A stretch of 64,000 bases of DNA, from NCBI GenBank assembly GCA_030604195.1, contig JAUVWI010000001.1, forward strand, positions 28,952 to 92,951. Direction: 5' to 3'. Below are positions 8,953-18,626 of the stretch, piece by piece. Position numbers and translations under genes: made by a program. Position 1 is the first letter of the stretch. Each line of letters begins with the position of its first letter. This stretch comes from Spirochaetales bacterium. Its GTDB lineage: Bacteria > Spirochaetota > Spirochaetia > SZUA-6 > DRHE01. The notes under the pieces are model-generated. The model saw only the letters and a program-made list of their open reading frames with translations. It was not told where the DNA came from and made no database searches.

Positions 8953-10401
8953 ATGGAGCAAAAAACAAAAATTATCTGCACAATCGGTCCATCTTCCTGG
9001 TCGTCAGAGAAAATGAACAAGCTGGTTGATGCCGGTATGAATGTAGCCCGTTTAAATTTTTCACATGGAACTCACGAAGAAAAACTGGAAGCTATCAATA
9101 AAATCAAGAAAATCCGAAGGGAGACCGGTAAGAATATCGGCATACTTCAGGACCTCTGTGGTCCCAAAATAAGGACCGGGAACCTGCCGGAAGCTGGAAT
9201 TGGTCTACCCGACGGCACTATGGTGCGCCTGTTATCCGGAGAAGATTTTCTGCCCGGAAAAGAAATAATTGAAATTCCGGTGAGCTACGCCAATCTGCTT
9301 GAAGATATACCTGAAAAATCCCGCATTGTGCTTGATGACGGTCTGCTTGAATTCAAGGTGGAAAAAATAACTGCGCCCTTCCTGGAATGCCGGGTAATAC
9401 ATGGCGGTATATTGAAAGCCCATAAGGGAGTTAATTTCCCCGGACTTACACTGACCACCACTGCTCCAACGGAAAAAGACCTGGAAGACCTGCGCTTTGG
9501 CTTAAAGCACGGAGTGGATTTTGTGGCTCTATCTTTTGTGCAGACAGCCGACGACATTCTTAAATTGAGAGAAGAAATTAAGAAGCATAAAGGAACAGTA
9601 TCGGTAATCGCCAAGCTGGAACGGGGAACAGCCATCGAAAATCTGAATTCAATCCTTTCCGTATGTGACGGGGTAATGGTTGCCCGCGGTGATCTGGGAA
9701 TTGAAACAGATCTATCGATGATCCCGATCTATCAGAAAATGATCGTACGCCGGGCAAACCTTAAAGGGATTATAGTAATTACCGCTACCCAGATGCTGGA
9801 CAGTATGATCAAAAACCCCATGCCAACCCGCGCCGAAGTTACTGATGTTGCCAATGCGATCTATGACGGCTCTGATGCCATTATGCTCTCCGGAGAGACT
9901 GCTTCAGGCAAATATCCCCTTGATGCGGTTACCATAATGCGCCGGATTGCGGACAATGTTGAGAGTAACCTGGGTTTGGACCGCAGCTGGGTGCGGGAGG
10001 AGCAGGAGTTCGGTTTCTTCTCCAGCGAAATGGCCCTGGCGAGCTCTGTTTGCGTCTCTGCTGAAAAGCTTGATGCCCGCCTGATTGTGGCTCATACCCT
10101 TTCCGGCCGCACTGCCCGTTTAATTGCCCAGTTCCGACCCCATACACCCATTGTGGCTATTACGCCGCTTGAAGCAACCCTTTACCAACTCTCTTTAGTA
10201 TGGGGAGTTAAAAGTGTACTTGTGCCTGAGTTTGAAGATGATTTCCTGGAAACAGTAAAAAAGGGTGACACAGCCTTAAAAAAAATGGGATTTGTCAAAG
10301 ATGGCGACCTGGTTATTATTTCCGCAGGAATCCCCGCTGCCAGAGCAGGAGGAACCAATGCCATGAAGCTTCACATAGTAGGAGAAAGCGCCAACGGTTA
10401 G
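8953..10401 (+). CDS. pyk: Pyruvate kinase
   Basis: Motifs TKIICTIGP, ARLNFSHG, MVARGDLG, ATQMLDSM, DAIMLSGETA. Confidence 0.98.
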   Translation: MEQKTKIICTIGPSSWSSEKMNKLVDAGMNVARLNFSHGTHEEKLEAINKIKKIRRETGKNIGILQDLCGPKIRTGNLPEAGIGLPDGTMVRLLSGEDFLPGKEIIEIPVSYANLLEDIPEKSRIVLDDGLLEFKVEKITAPFLECRVIHGGILKAHKGVNFPGLTLTTTAPTEKDLEDLRFGLKHGVDFVALSFVQTADDILKLREEIKKHKGTVSVIAKLERGTAIENLNSILSVCDGVMVARGDLGIETDLSMIPIYQKMIVRRANLKGIIVITATQMLDSMIKNPMPTRAEVTDVANAIYDGSDAIMLSGETASGKYPLDAVTIMRRIADNVESNLGLDRSWVREEQEFGFFSSEMALASSVCVSAEKLDARLIVAHTLSGRTARLIAQFRPHTPIVAITPLEATLYQLSLVWGVKSVLVPEFEDDFLETVKKGDTALKKMGFVKDGDLVIISAGIPAARAGGTNAMKLHIVGESANG

Positions 10402-10440
10402 CCCTTTAATATTAAGCTTCAGTATTAGTCTTCTCCAAGC

Positions 10441-11484
10441 CTATCCTTTTGCAAGGGGCACTGCTTTGGCAACTGACAGATCCTTTTCCCGGTTGCCGAA
10501 GAGGTTATAAACATAGGTGAGGATATTGTTCCTCATCATAGTACTGGGAGGAACCGCCTGCATATGCAGAATTGAAGTATTCCTCTTGCCATTGTAGGTA
10601 ATACCTTTAACTAAACCATTCATTACAATAGTCGCGTCGGAAAGAGTAAACTGGATTTTCAGAGGCAGCCCCACCTTGGTTCTACCGCCGATCAGCAAAG
10701 CCGCCCCGCCTTCGGAGAGGTCTTTCAGACGGCATCTTAGGCCTTTGGTCTCTTCAACTGTTTCATTGGCCAGTCCGATAGATTTAAGCGGATATACTAA
10801 AGCGGCATGCTCCATGGGAACCCGCACCGACTTTCTCTGCTGCGTACGAATAAGACTGTCTGAGTGGTTAACATGAATAATCGGGTATTCTTTTTCGGAA
10901 AAATCATTAATCACCTTTGTTTTGAAAAAGTAACCGGCGTCATTTGCTCTCCAGAAATAGATCCCCACTTCCTGCCCCTTCCAGGAAAATCCATCCGGCA
11001 GTTTCGGCCCCTGCGGATAGGAGAGGGCAAAGTAGCGGGAACGATTATCAACGACCATACCAAGAAAAGGGCCCATGCCGGGCAGGGTTATTTTCACCCG
11101 CTGCCGGGCCACGATTTTACGTGATGATTTAAGGCCAATCTTGTAACGGGGCAGATCAAACTCCACTCTTTTACGCAATTCGAATAATTTGGCCAGAAGC
11201 CTATTGGCTTCTTCATCATGTTCCTTGTTGTCAGCCCTCATTTTAAGGATTATTTCTTTCACAGAACGGTCCAGCATTTTAATAGACCAGAAAAGGGCGC
11301 CGGGATTTTGCAGTTTATTCTCTACAGCAACCTTTCGGAGCAGGTTTATCTCATGAAATGTAAAGCCCGATTCTTTACCCTTGGTATAAAACTGCAGCCA
11401 GGGGAATCGTCCACCCCCTGCAATACGCAGGTATATAACTGCGGAAAACAGGAGAACTAAAAAAACTAACAATAATATCCACAT
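10441..11484 (-). CDS. Membrane-anchored PilZ/YcgR-like c-di-GMP effector (flagellar-brake-like)
   Basis: N-terminal TM helix; QQRKSVR (RxxxR) and DLSEGG (DxSxxG) intact. Confidence 0.85.
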   Translation of the reverse strand: MWILLLVFLVLLFSAVIYLRIAGGGRFPWLQFYTKGKESGFTFHEINLLRKVAVENKLQNPGALFWSIKMLDRSVKEIILKMRADNKEHDEEANRLLAKLFELRKRVEFDLPRYKIGLKSSRKIVARQRVKITLPGMGPFLGMVVDNRSRYFALSYPQGPKLPDGFSWKGQEVGIYFWRANDAGYFFKTKVINDFSEKEYPIIHVNHSDSLIRTQQRKSVRVPMEHAALVYPLKSIGLANETVEETKGLRCRLKDLSEGGAALLIGGRTKVGLPLKIQFTLSDATIVMNGLVKGITYNGKRNTSILHMQAVPPSTMMRNNILTYVYNLFGNREKDLSVAKAVPLAKG

Positions 11485-11530
11485 AGTTTAATTATCGATT
11501 ATGTTGTGATATATTTTAACCGAGTTTAGC

Positions 11531-12262
11531 ATGCTTTGGAAAAAAATAAAAGGCTTAAAAAAGAGTTTATTACACCAGGCCCCCGCTTATGCAGAGAGTA
11601 AGCAAAGCGCAAAAATACTCTTTGAGATAACCCTGGTCTTTATTACCTTCTTTCTCCCCGGTTTTCTGTACAGCTATCCCGAAACCACCGGCTTTAACAC
11701 CACCGCGTACATGCTGCAATTCGTAAGCATCGCCCTACCCCAGATCCTGTTCATGGGTTACCTGATCTGGCTGCAGAAGCCCCTTAAGTTCATTGATTTC
11801 GGCATCAAGAAACTCCGGGCCGTGGACATCCCCTTAGCTCTGCTGATCTACCTGGGAATATTCGCTCTGCTACTGGCAGCGGCGCTCTTAGTCCAGCTGT
11901 TACCCCGGAGCGGGCGGTTGGCACTGGAAAGCGGATTCCGCTGGCGGCTGACAAGCTGGTCCCAGCTTCCTTTAGCCTTGATTTTCAGCCTGGCAACCGG
12001 TTACCGGGAGGAACTCTTTTTCAGGGCTTATCTTTTAACCCGCTTTTCACAACTGGGAGTAAATCCATACTTTGGGGTTTTAGCCGGCACCCTGTTATTC
12101 AGCCTGGGCCATCTTTACCAGGGACCGGCAGGGCTGACAGTAGCCTTTATCCAGGGAATCTACTTCGGCATGATCTTTCTGCACAAGAAAAACATTCACC
12201 TGCTTGCCCTGGCTCATACCCTATATAACCTGACCATTCTTTCAATTACCCTGGTTATTTAA
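11531..12262 (+). CDS. CPBP/CAAX-family intramembrane glutamic endopeptidase
   Basis: Motifs EELFFRAYL, FSLGHLYQG, AHTLYN. Confidence 0.92.
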   Translation: MLWKKIKGLKKSLLHQAPAYAESKQSAKILFEITLVFITFFLPGFLYSYPETTGFNTTAYMLQFVSIALPQILFMGYLIWLQKPLKFIDFGIKKLRAVDIPLALLIYLGIFALLLAAALLVQLLPRSGRLALESGFRWRLTSWSQLPLALIFSLATGYREELFFRAYLLTRFSQLGVNPYFGVLAGTLLFSLGHLYQGPAGLTVAFIQGIYFGMIFLHKKNIHLLALAHTLYNLTILSITLVI

Positions 12263-12316
12263 AACTCTTGCCCTTTGCGATATTTTTATTTACCTTTTAT
12301 TGCCAGGAGCATATAT

Positions 12317-12943
12317 ATGCAATACCACTCAAAAGAATTGTTTCTTAACAATTCTTTTGCAAAAATACAATCGGAGTCCGGGGCGGGCGAAGAACGCACC
12401 GGGGAAAAGACAATATTCTTTCTCTTAATTCTCTGGTCAGCTCTTTTCTTCACCACCGGTCTCGGAGCTGCGGAAAATCTTGACAGTGCATTTAATGCCC
12501 TTGGTTTTGCGCTTCCGGAAAAAACCATTTCTGCTGTAGATTTCGAACTGGAAGACCTCGACGGCAACCTGATCAGCCTGAGCTCTATGCGCGGAAAAGT
12601 GATTTTTCTAAATTTCTGGGCAACCTGGTGCCCGCCCTGCCGGGCGGAAATGCCTTCTATGGAGAGACTGTACAATAGATTTGCTTCCCGCGATTTCGAA
12701 ATAATTGCAGTTGATCTTCAGGAAAACAATAAACAGGTCAGCAAATTTGTAGATGATAACAGCCTTACCTTTAAAATATTGCTTGATAAAACCGGAAGCA
12801 CCGGAGCCGCCTATGGCGCCCGGAGTATACCCACAACTTACATCATCAATAGAGATGGCTCTGTTCTTGCCCGGACTTTAGGCGGCCGAGAGTGGGATAG
12901 CGAGGAGCTCTTCGACCTTTTTGAAAAAATACTGAGCAGATGA
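12317..12943 (+). CDS. TlpA/ResA-family thiol:disulfide oxidoreductase
   Basis: NFWATWCPPCRAEMP and SIPTT. Start placed at ATG 12317, after AGGAG. Confidence 0.92.
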   Translation: MQYHSKELFLNNSFAKIQSESGAGEERTGEKTIFFLLILWSALFFTTGLGAAENLDSAFNALGFALPEKTISAVDFELEDLDGNLISLSSMRGKVIFLNFWATWCPPCRAEMPSMERLYNRFASRDFEIIAVDLQENNKQVSKFVDDNSLTFKILLDKTGSTGAAYGARSIPTTYIINRDGSVLARTLGGREWDSEELFDLFEKILSR

Positions 12944-13914
12944 CCGCTAATTTACACCTTTCCCTGGCTTTCCTTGCCGGATTACTATCTTTTCTCTCTC
13001 CCTGTATACTGCCTTTGATTCCCTCGTATCTCTCCTTTATCGGCGGCATCTCATTTCTTGAGCTTCAGCGCAGCCGTACAATGCGCTTGAACATCTTCCT
13101 GCAAACCCTTTTCTTTGTGCTTGGTTTTTCAATGGTCTTTATAACTCTGGGGATTCTCTTCAGCTCCACAGGTGGAATTCTGGGCAACGCAGTACAGCTG
13201 GTCAATATAATTGCCGGATCCGTAGTAATCCTTCTGGGTTTCAATTTTATCTTTGATTTCTGGAAGATCCTCAACCGGGAAAAGCGGGTGCATATCGAGC
13301 GGAAGCCAGGGGGCTTTCTGGGATCGATCCTTCTGGGCATGGCCTTCGGAGGAGGCTGGACTCCTTGTGTGGGACCCATTCTCGCCTCAATCCTAATTCT
13401 GGCCGGCACCAGCGGTAACATGCTCAGCGGTATATTCCTGCTTATTGCTTACTCAGCGGGTCTGGGGCTGCCATTTCTTCTGGCCGGACTCTTCTTTTCC
13501 CAGTTTGCCAGGCAGATGGAAAAGATCAAACCCCATCTCAATAGAATCCGTATTGCCAGCGGCATATTTCTTATCATGATCGGTATATTGATATTGTTAG
13601 GGCGTTTACAGAGATTGAATATCTTTCTCTTTTCTTCAGCCTACACCCTGCAGTCCTGGCAGGAAAGCAGCCCGCTATTGTCCCGCCTGGTGTTCAGCGC
13701 TCTTTTCCTTATTCCCTTCTTCCTGCTGCTTTTCGCTTATATTCGTAAAGCAAGAAAAGTGCGTGAGCAGGGTAAATTGCCCTTAAAAAAGTTAATCATG
13801 CCGGGCAGAATCATATTTCTCACTATTTTTCTCCTGCTAAGCGTGCTAAGCCTTTCCGGCGCTCTGAATATTGCGGCCATTATTTCCTACTGGTTCACCT
13901 TTCAGGGAATATAG
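12940..13914 (+). CDS. ccdA: CcdA-family disulfide electron transporter with an extra C-terminal membrane region
   Basis: Motifs SFLSPCILPLIP and GWTPCVGPIL. Start overlaps the tlpA stop (ATGA). Confidence 0.9.
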   Translation: MTANLHLSLAFLAGLLSFLSPCILPLIPSYLSFIGGISFLELQRSRTMRLNIFLQTLFFVLGFSMVFITLGILFSSTGGILGNAVQLVNIIAGSVVILLGFNFIFDFWKILNREKRVHIERKPGGFLGSILLGMAFGGGWTPCVGPILASILILAGTSGNMLSGIFLLIAYSAGLGLPFLLAGLFFSQFARQMEKIKPHLNRIRIASGIFLIMIGILILLGRLQRLNIFLFSSAYTLQSWQESSPLLSRLVFSALFLIPFFLLLFAYIRKARKVREQGKLPLKKLIMPGRIIFLTIFLLLSVLSLSGALNIAAIISYWFTFQGI

Positions 13915-13980
13915 GTAGTTACCATTTTTTTAAATTGCTGGTATTGCCTTACCGGCAGATTATTGGTTAAGATTATAAAT

Positions 13981-14400
13981 ATGAAAGATATAAAAGAACT
14001 GCTTCCCCACAGGGAACCCTTTCTCTTTGTTGACCGCCTGGAAAAGGCGGAGCAAGATGAGATTATCGGCTACAAATTATTCAGTGAAACAGAATTCTTC
14101 TTCAAGGGTCATTTTCCTCAGTACCCCGTGGTTCCCGGCGTTATTCTGATCGAGACCATGGCTCAATGCGGCGGCGCGGGAATCAGCGCTTCCGGCGCTC
14201 TGGGTAACGCCCTCTTTTTTCTGGCAACTGTTGAAAAGGCAAAATTCAGACAGCAGGTGCGTCCGGGCGATGAGGTTAAAATGGTCATAACCAATCTTAA
14301 GGTCAGTAAAAGAATAATCAGACAGAGCGGAAAAGCCTATGTGGGCGATAAGCTTGCCGCTGAAGCCGAATGGCTCGCTCTGGTAGGAGAAGGCAGCTGA
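13981..14400 (+). CDS. fabZ: 3-hydroxyacyl-ACP dehydratase
   Basis: Motifs LPHREPFLFVD and FKGHFPQYPVVPGVILIETMAQ. Confidence 0.95.
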   Translation: MKDIKELLPHREPFLFVDRLEKAEQDEIIGYKLFSETEFFFKGHFPQYPVVPGVILIETMAQCGGAGISASGALGNALFFLATVEKAKFRQQVRPGDEVKMVITNLKVSKRIIRQSGKAYVGDKLAAEAEWLALVGEGS

Positions 14401-14483
14401 TACTGCTATTAACTGTCGTTAGTCGCCCCTGACACTTGTGCCCCATGGTGCGCCTGTGCCCCCCGGGGGGGTGCCTGCGGCAC

Positions 14484-16592
14484 TTATGGTATCACCTCTA
14501 ATTCCTCAATATCTTCCTCTACGGTACCTGTTTCGGGGGATGGGAGTTCTTCAACCTCTTCTAAAATTGCCGAGCCTGCTGACTCGATGCTCAGGGGCGC
14601 CATCTCACCCTCAATAACATCGACCTTTTCACCGGCCGGCGAAGGTATTTCCATTTCACGCGCCTCCCTTTCACCAAGTGTGGTTTCAAACCAGGAAAAA
14701 GCAGAGGCCAATTGATTGGATATCCGGCGCATATCCCGGGACACTTCCAGTATAGTTTTAATAATTCTATCCAAGCCGGCAATCCCATCCTGAATCTCTA
14801 AATGGGCCCGGCCTACATCTTCTAAAGCGGAAAAATTCTGCTCTATCATCTCCCTGATATTATCGCTCTCCCGCATGATCTCGGTGAAGCCGGCATCCAT
14901 GTTCTTGACCCGCTCAAAAGTACGTTCCACGCCTTTATTGGATTCGCCGATAATAGAGTTTACCTGGTCGGACACAACCCGGGTAAGATCGGCAAGTTTG
15001 CGAATTTCCTGGGCCACCACGGCAAAACCCTTACCCGCTGCACCTGCTTTTGAGGCTTCAATTGAGGCATTAAGCGAGAGCATGTTGGTCTTATCAGCGA
15101 TCCCGATAATCTGACTCACCGACTTTTTTATCAGGGAAGACTGCTGCTGCAGCTCCTCCAGACCCATCAGGGTGTTTTGTATCTGCCCGCTGAAATCGGT
15201 AATCCGGGAATCTACATCAACTGTATAAGTGAGGATCTCCTTCTCTTTGCTCATTACCTTCTTTTCAGCGGCAGCGGCGCCCTGAATAGAAGACATTATC
15301 TGCCCGATGGTGAGAGCCTGTCTTTGAGCGCTATCCATAAGGCGGAGCGCCAGGGTTATACTGTCCAGATTCCTCCCTTTGAGCCTTTCTTTGCCATCCT
15401 TGATATTCTCTATCATCTCCCAATCCACTTCCACACGTTCAATAAATTCGCGAGTAGTCCTGGCATAGAGCCTGCTGCTGCGGTATAACTCTCGATTGAT
15501 CATATAGGCAATAAAGAATGCTATAGCGAGTTCAAAGAATATACTGCTCTGGATAAAGAGGGGCAGTCCGCGGGAGAAAACCACCTGATAGATCAACAGG
15601 CATAATAATAAAAAATAAAGCAAAACCACCGGAAAAGCTTTTCGGACATTGCACGATAGCTTAATAATAGTCAGCAATGCCCCGCCCGCGAAAGCAACCA
15701 GAACAAAAGCTCTCTGAAAGTATACAATTAAATGAAGGCTGGCAAAATCAGAAAAGGCGAATCCGGCAGCCCCGATAATAATAAACGCAGCAGCTATGGG
15801 CAGCAGTATTCGCAATCTTAAAGCATGAAGATAATCAGAAACAAACAAAATCAGTATTACCCCGACTGAAAGCTCAAAAAAACCGCGGATTTTCAGAACC
15901 AGAGCAAAGGGTAAAAAATAACCTGGTATCGAAGTCGATATACAGACCGCGCCTGCACTTAAGGATAGCAGGCTGAGCAGCAGGTAATAGCTGTGTTTTT
16001 CCAGATAGTAATGGTACGCGGCCTGAATCATCAGGAAGAGCAAAACCAGGGCTAAGCAAAAGGGCAGATAAAACTTTAGAAAATTTAATAGAAAAAGCCG
16101 GCGCTCCATTATATTCAAGTCGACAATTCTAATTCCCTCTTCCAGCCAGGAATAATGGTTATGATAAATCCTGATATAGAGGTTCTTCGGGCCCGATGGT
16201 TGACCAAGTGGATAACCGCGGTAAAGATTCAAGGGTAAAACAATATTATCTGTCTCCGGATCGGTACTGCCGATTAATTCACTATCAAGAAATATGCTGG
16301 CTCCTAATCCGAGGGGCGGTAAAAGTAGGGCAGCGGGAGTCTCTGCAGGTTTCAGCCGGGTTTTAAGCCAGATATATCCCTCTGCGCACTCAGCATAGTC
16401 GCTGACAACGCCGGGTAAGGGGCAGGAAACCCAGGAACCGGCCGGAGGATCATCCCGCGGAAAAATTGAAAAAGCATAGCTCCAGTCGTCCAGAAGAGGA
16501 GTTACTTCTGCCAAAACCGGATTGATAAGACAAAAAAAACCCATCAGTATAAACAGAGCTGTTCTCATTTTTGCAAGATTCTCCCTACTCAC
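14484..16592 (-). CDS. Methyl-accepting chemotaxis protein with a 7TM-DISM-like sensor region
   Basis: MCP signature TNMLSLNASIEASKAGAAGKGFAVVAQEIRKLA. Signal peptide, beta-rich extracellular domain and about 7 TM helices. Confidence 0.88.
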   Translation of the reverse strand: MSRENLAKMRTALFILMGFFCLINPVLAEVTPLLDDWSYAFSIFPRDDPPAGSWVSCPLPGVVSDYAECAEGYIWLKTRLKPAETPAALLLPPLGLGASIFLDSELIGSTDPETDNIVLPLNLYRGYPLGQPSGPKNLYIRIYHNHYSWLEEGIRIVDLNIMERRLFLLNFLKFYLPFCLALVLLFLMIQAAYHYYLEKHSYYLLLSLLSLSAGAVCISTSIPGYFLPFALVLKIRGFFELSVGVILILFVSDYLHALRLRILLPIAAAFIIIGAAGFAFSDFASLHLIVYFQRAFVLVAFAGGALLTIIKLSCNVRKAFPVVLLYFLLLCLLIYQVVFSRGLPLFIQSSIFFELAIAFFIAYMINRELYRSSRLYARTTREFIERVEVDWEMIENIKDGKERLKGRNLDSITLALRLMDSAQRQALTIGQIMSSIQGAAAAEKKVMSKEKEILTYTVDVDSRITDFSGQIQNTLMGLEELQQQSSLIKKSVSQIIGIADKTNMLSLNASIEASKAGAAGKGFAVVAQEIRKLADLTRVVSDQVNSIIGESNKGVERTFERVKNMDAGFTEIMRESDNIREMIEQNFSALEDVGRAHLEIQDGIAGLDRIIKTILEVSRDMRRISNQLASAFSWFETTLGEREAREMEIPSPAGEKVDVIEGEMAPLSIESAGSAILEEVEELPSPETGTVEEDIEELEVIP

Positions 16593-16707
16593 CTATACTG
16601 CCTCTATACCTGATTATACCAATAAAATCAATAGCTCGTTGACAGCCAAGCTCTTAACCCTGCGCTTTTTAATTGACAGCAGAACACTTCCATGATACCG
16701 TTTGGTC

Positions 16708-18609
16708 ATGGCTGATACAATTATTAAGTTATTGAAAGAAACGGTGAGTAGCTATCCTGAAGCTGTTGCTACTCTAAGCAAGGATTCTGAAGGTGAATTT
16801 GTACCTACCTCCTACAACCAGCTTTACGAGTTGGTAAATGCATGGGGTGCCGGGCTTTTAGCCTATGGTGTAAAAAGAGGAGACCACCTGGGCTTGATAT
16901 CTGAAAACAGGAAAGAATGGCTTATTTCAGATCTGGCAATTCAGGGAATCGGCGCGGTGGATGTGCCCAGAGGCAGTGATTCCACGGCCGACGAACTGAA
17001 GTACATCCTGAAACATGCAGACTGTTCGATTGCCATGGTTGAAGACAGTGTACAGCTCAAGAAGATCCTCAGCGTTAAAAAGGAGCTGCCCCTTTTAAAA
17101 ACAATTGTTGTACTGGATGAGAAATTCCGGAAAAAAGAGGGCCAGAAGGATGGGGTGAAAATACTTACCTTCCAGGAAATAATGGACATGGGCAGAGAGA
17201 AGATCGCGAAGAACCCTGATTTTGCAGAACGGGAATTCAAGCTGGGCAAGGGTGATGATCTGGCTACCATTATTTATACCTCAGGCACCACGGGAGAGCC
17301 TAAAGGGGTTATGCTTTCTCACCGCAACTTCCTATACCAGATCGAACGAATCCCTGAAATTATTGGAGTTACCGCAGGGGATGTCTGGCTGGCGGTTCTG
17401 CCGGTATGGCACTCCTTTGAACGCATTATGCAGTACGTTGCTGTGGGCACAGCTTCCGCGTTGGCTTACTCCAAACCGGTGGGCTCTATTATGCTGGGTG
17501 ATATGGCGGCTGTACGCCCCACCTGGATGGCCTCTGTTCCGCGAATATGGGAGGCGGTGCGTAGCGGTGTTTACAGAAAAATAAATAGTGAAGGCGGAAT
17601 CAAAAAGAAGCTCTTTTATTTCTTCGTGGCTGTTGGCGCAGCACATGCAGCGTTATTAAACATGTTCCGCGGGCTGCTGCCACAATTTCGTAAAAGGGTC
17701 CGCTGGCTCGATATTACCATCAGTATAATCCCCCTCATCCTGCTTACTCCCCTTAAGCTGCTTGGCGCTCTACTGGTTTTCAGCAAGATAAAGAAAAAAC
17801 TCGGCGGTAAATTTGTAGCCGGAATATCCGGAGGAGGAGCGCTGCCGCCGCAGGTGGACAAGTTCTACAGCGCTATCGGTATTCTGGTGCTTGAAGGCTA
17901 TGGTCTTACCGAAACAGCGCCCGTAATATCTGCACGCATTCAGAAAGCGCCGGTTCCCGGCACCGTGGGCCCGCCATTTCGCGGCACCGAAGTCAGGGTC
18001 ATGGATGAACATAACACCTTACTGCAGCCTGGAGAAATGGGAGTGCTCTACGTGCGCGGTGAACAGGTAATGAGCGGCTATTACCATAACCCGGAAGAAA
18101 CCGCAAAAGTGCTCTCTGAAGATGGCTGGCTGAATACCGGAGACCTCGCAATACTTACCCATAACAATGAAATTGCCATTACCGGCAGGGCAAAAGACAC
18201 TATTGTTCTTCTGGGCGGTGAAAATATCGAACCTGAATCTATTGAACAGGCAATCAGGCAGTCCGAATATGTGGATCAGGTAATGGTTGTGGGACAGGAC
18301 CAGAAATTTTTAGCTGCTTTAGTAGTTCCCTCCCTGGAGAATCTGGAACAATATGCGGCCAGCTTCAACATACCCTACCTGGCCAAAGAAGACCTCGCAG
18401 ACACGCCGGAGATAATAGAGCTGCTGGAGGAAGAGATAGAGTCAGTGGTAAACGTACGCAAAGGGTTCAAACGCTTCGAAAGGATCTTCCGCTTGAAGGT
18501 GATGGCCAAACCCTTTGAGGTCGGCAGAGAGCTGACCCACTCCCTGAAAATGAGGCGTAATGTAATCAGCGAAATCTATAAAAAAGAGATCAAGGAGTTG
18601 TTCCGCTAA
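16708..18609 (+). CDS. Long-chain fatty-acid--CoA ligase
   Basis: Motifs IIYTSGTTGEPKGV, EGYGLTET, WLNTGD, GRAKD. Confidence 0.93.
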   Translation: MADTIIKLLKETVSSYPEAVATLSKDSEGEFVPTSYNQLYELVNAWGAGLLAYGVKRGDHLGLISENRKEWLISDLAIQGIGAVDVPRGSDSTADELKYILKHADCSIAMVEDSVQLKKILSVKKELPLLKTIVVLDEKFRKKEGQKDGVKILTFQEIMDMGREKIAKNPDFAEREFKLGKGDDLATIIYTSGTTGEPKGVMLSHRNFLYQIERIPEIIGVTAGDVWLAVLPVWHSFERIMQYVAVGTASALAYSKPVGSIMLGDMAAVRPTWMASVPRIWEAVRSGVYRKINSEGGIKKKLFYFFVAVGAAHAALLNMFRGLLPQFRKRVRWLDITISIIPLILLTPLKLLGALLVFSKIKKKLGGKFVAGISGGGALPPQVDKFYSAIGILVLEGYGLTETAPVISARIQKAPVPGTVGPPFRGTEVRVMDEHNTLLQPGEMGVLYVRGEQVMSGYYHNPEETAKVLSEDGWLNTGDLAILTHNNEIAITGRAKDTIVLLGGENIEPESIEQAIRQSEYVDQVMVVGQDQKFLAALVVPSLENLEQYAASFNIPYLAKEDLADTPEIIELLEEEIESVVNVRKGFKRFERIFRLKVMAKPFEVGRELTHSLKMRRNVISEIYKKEIKELFR

Positions 18610-18626
18610 TCTATTAGCCGACAAAT

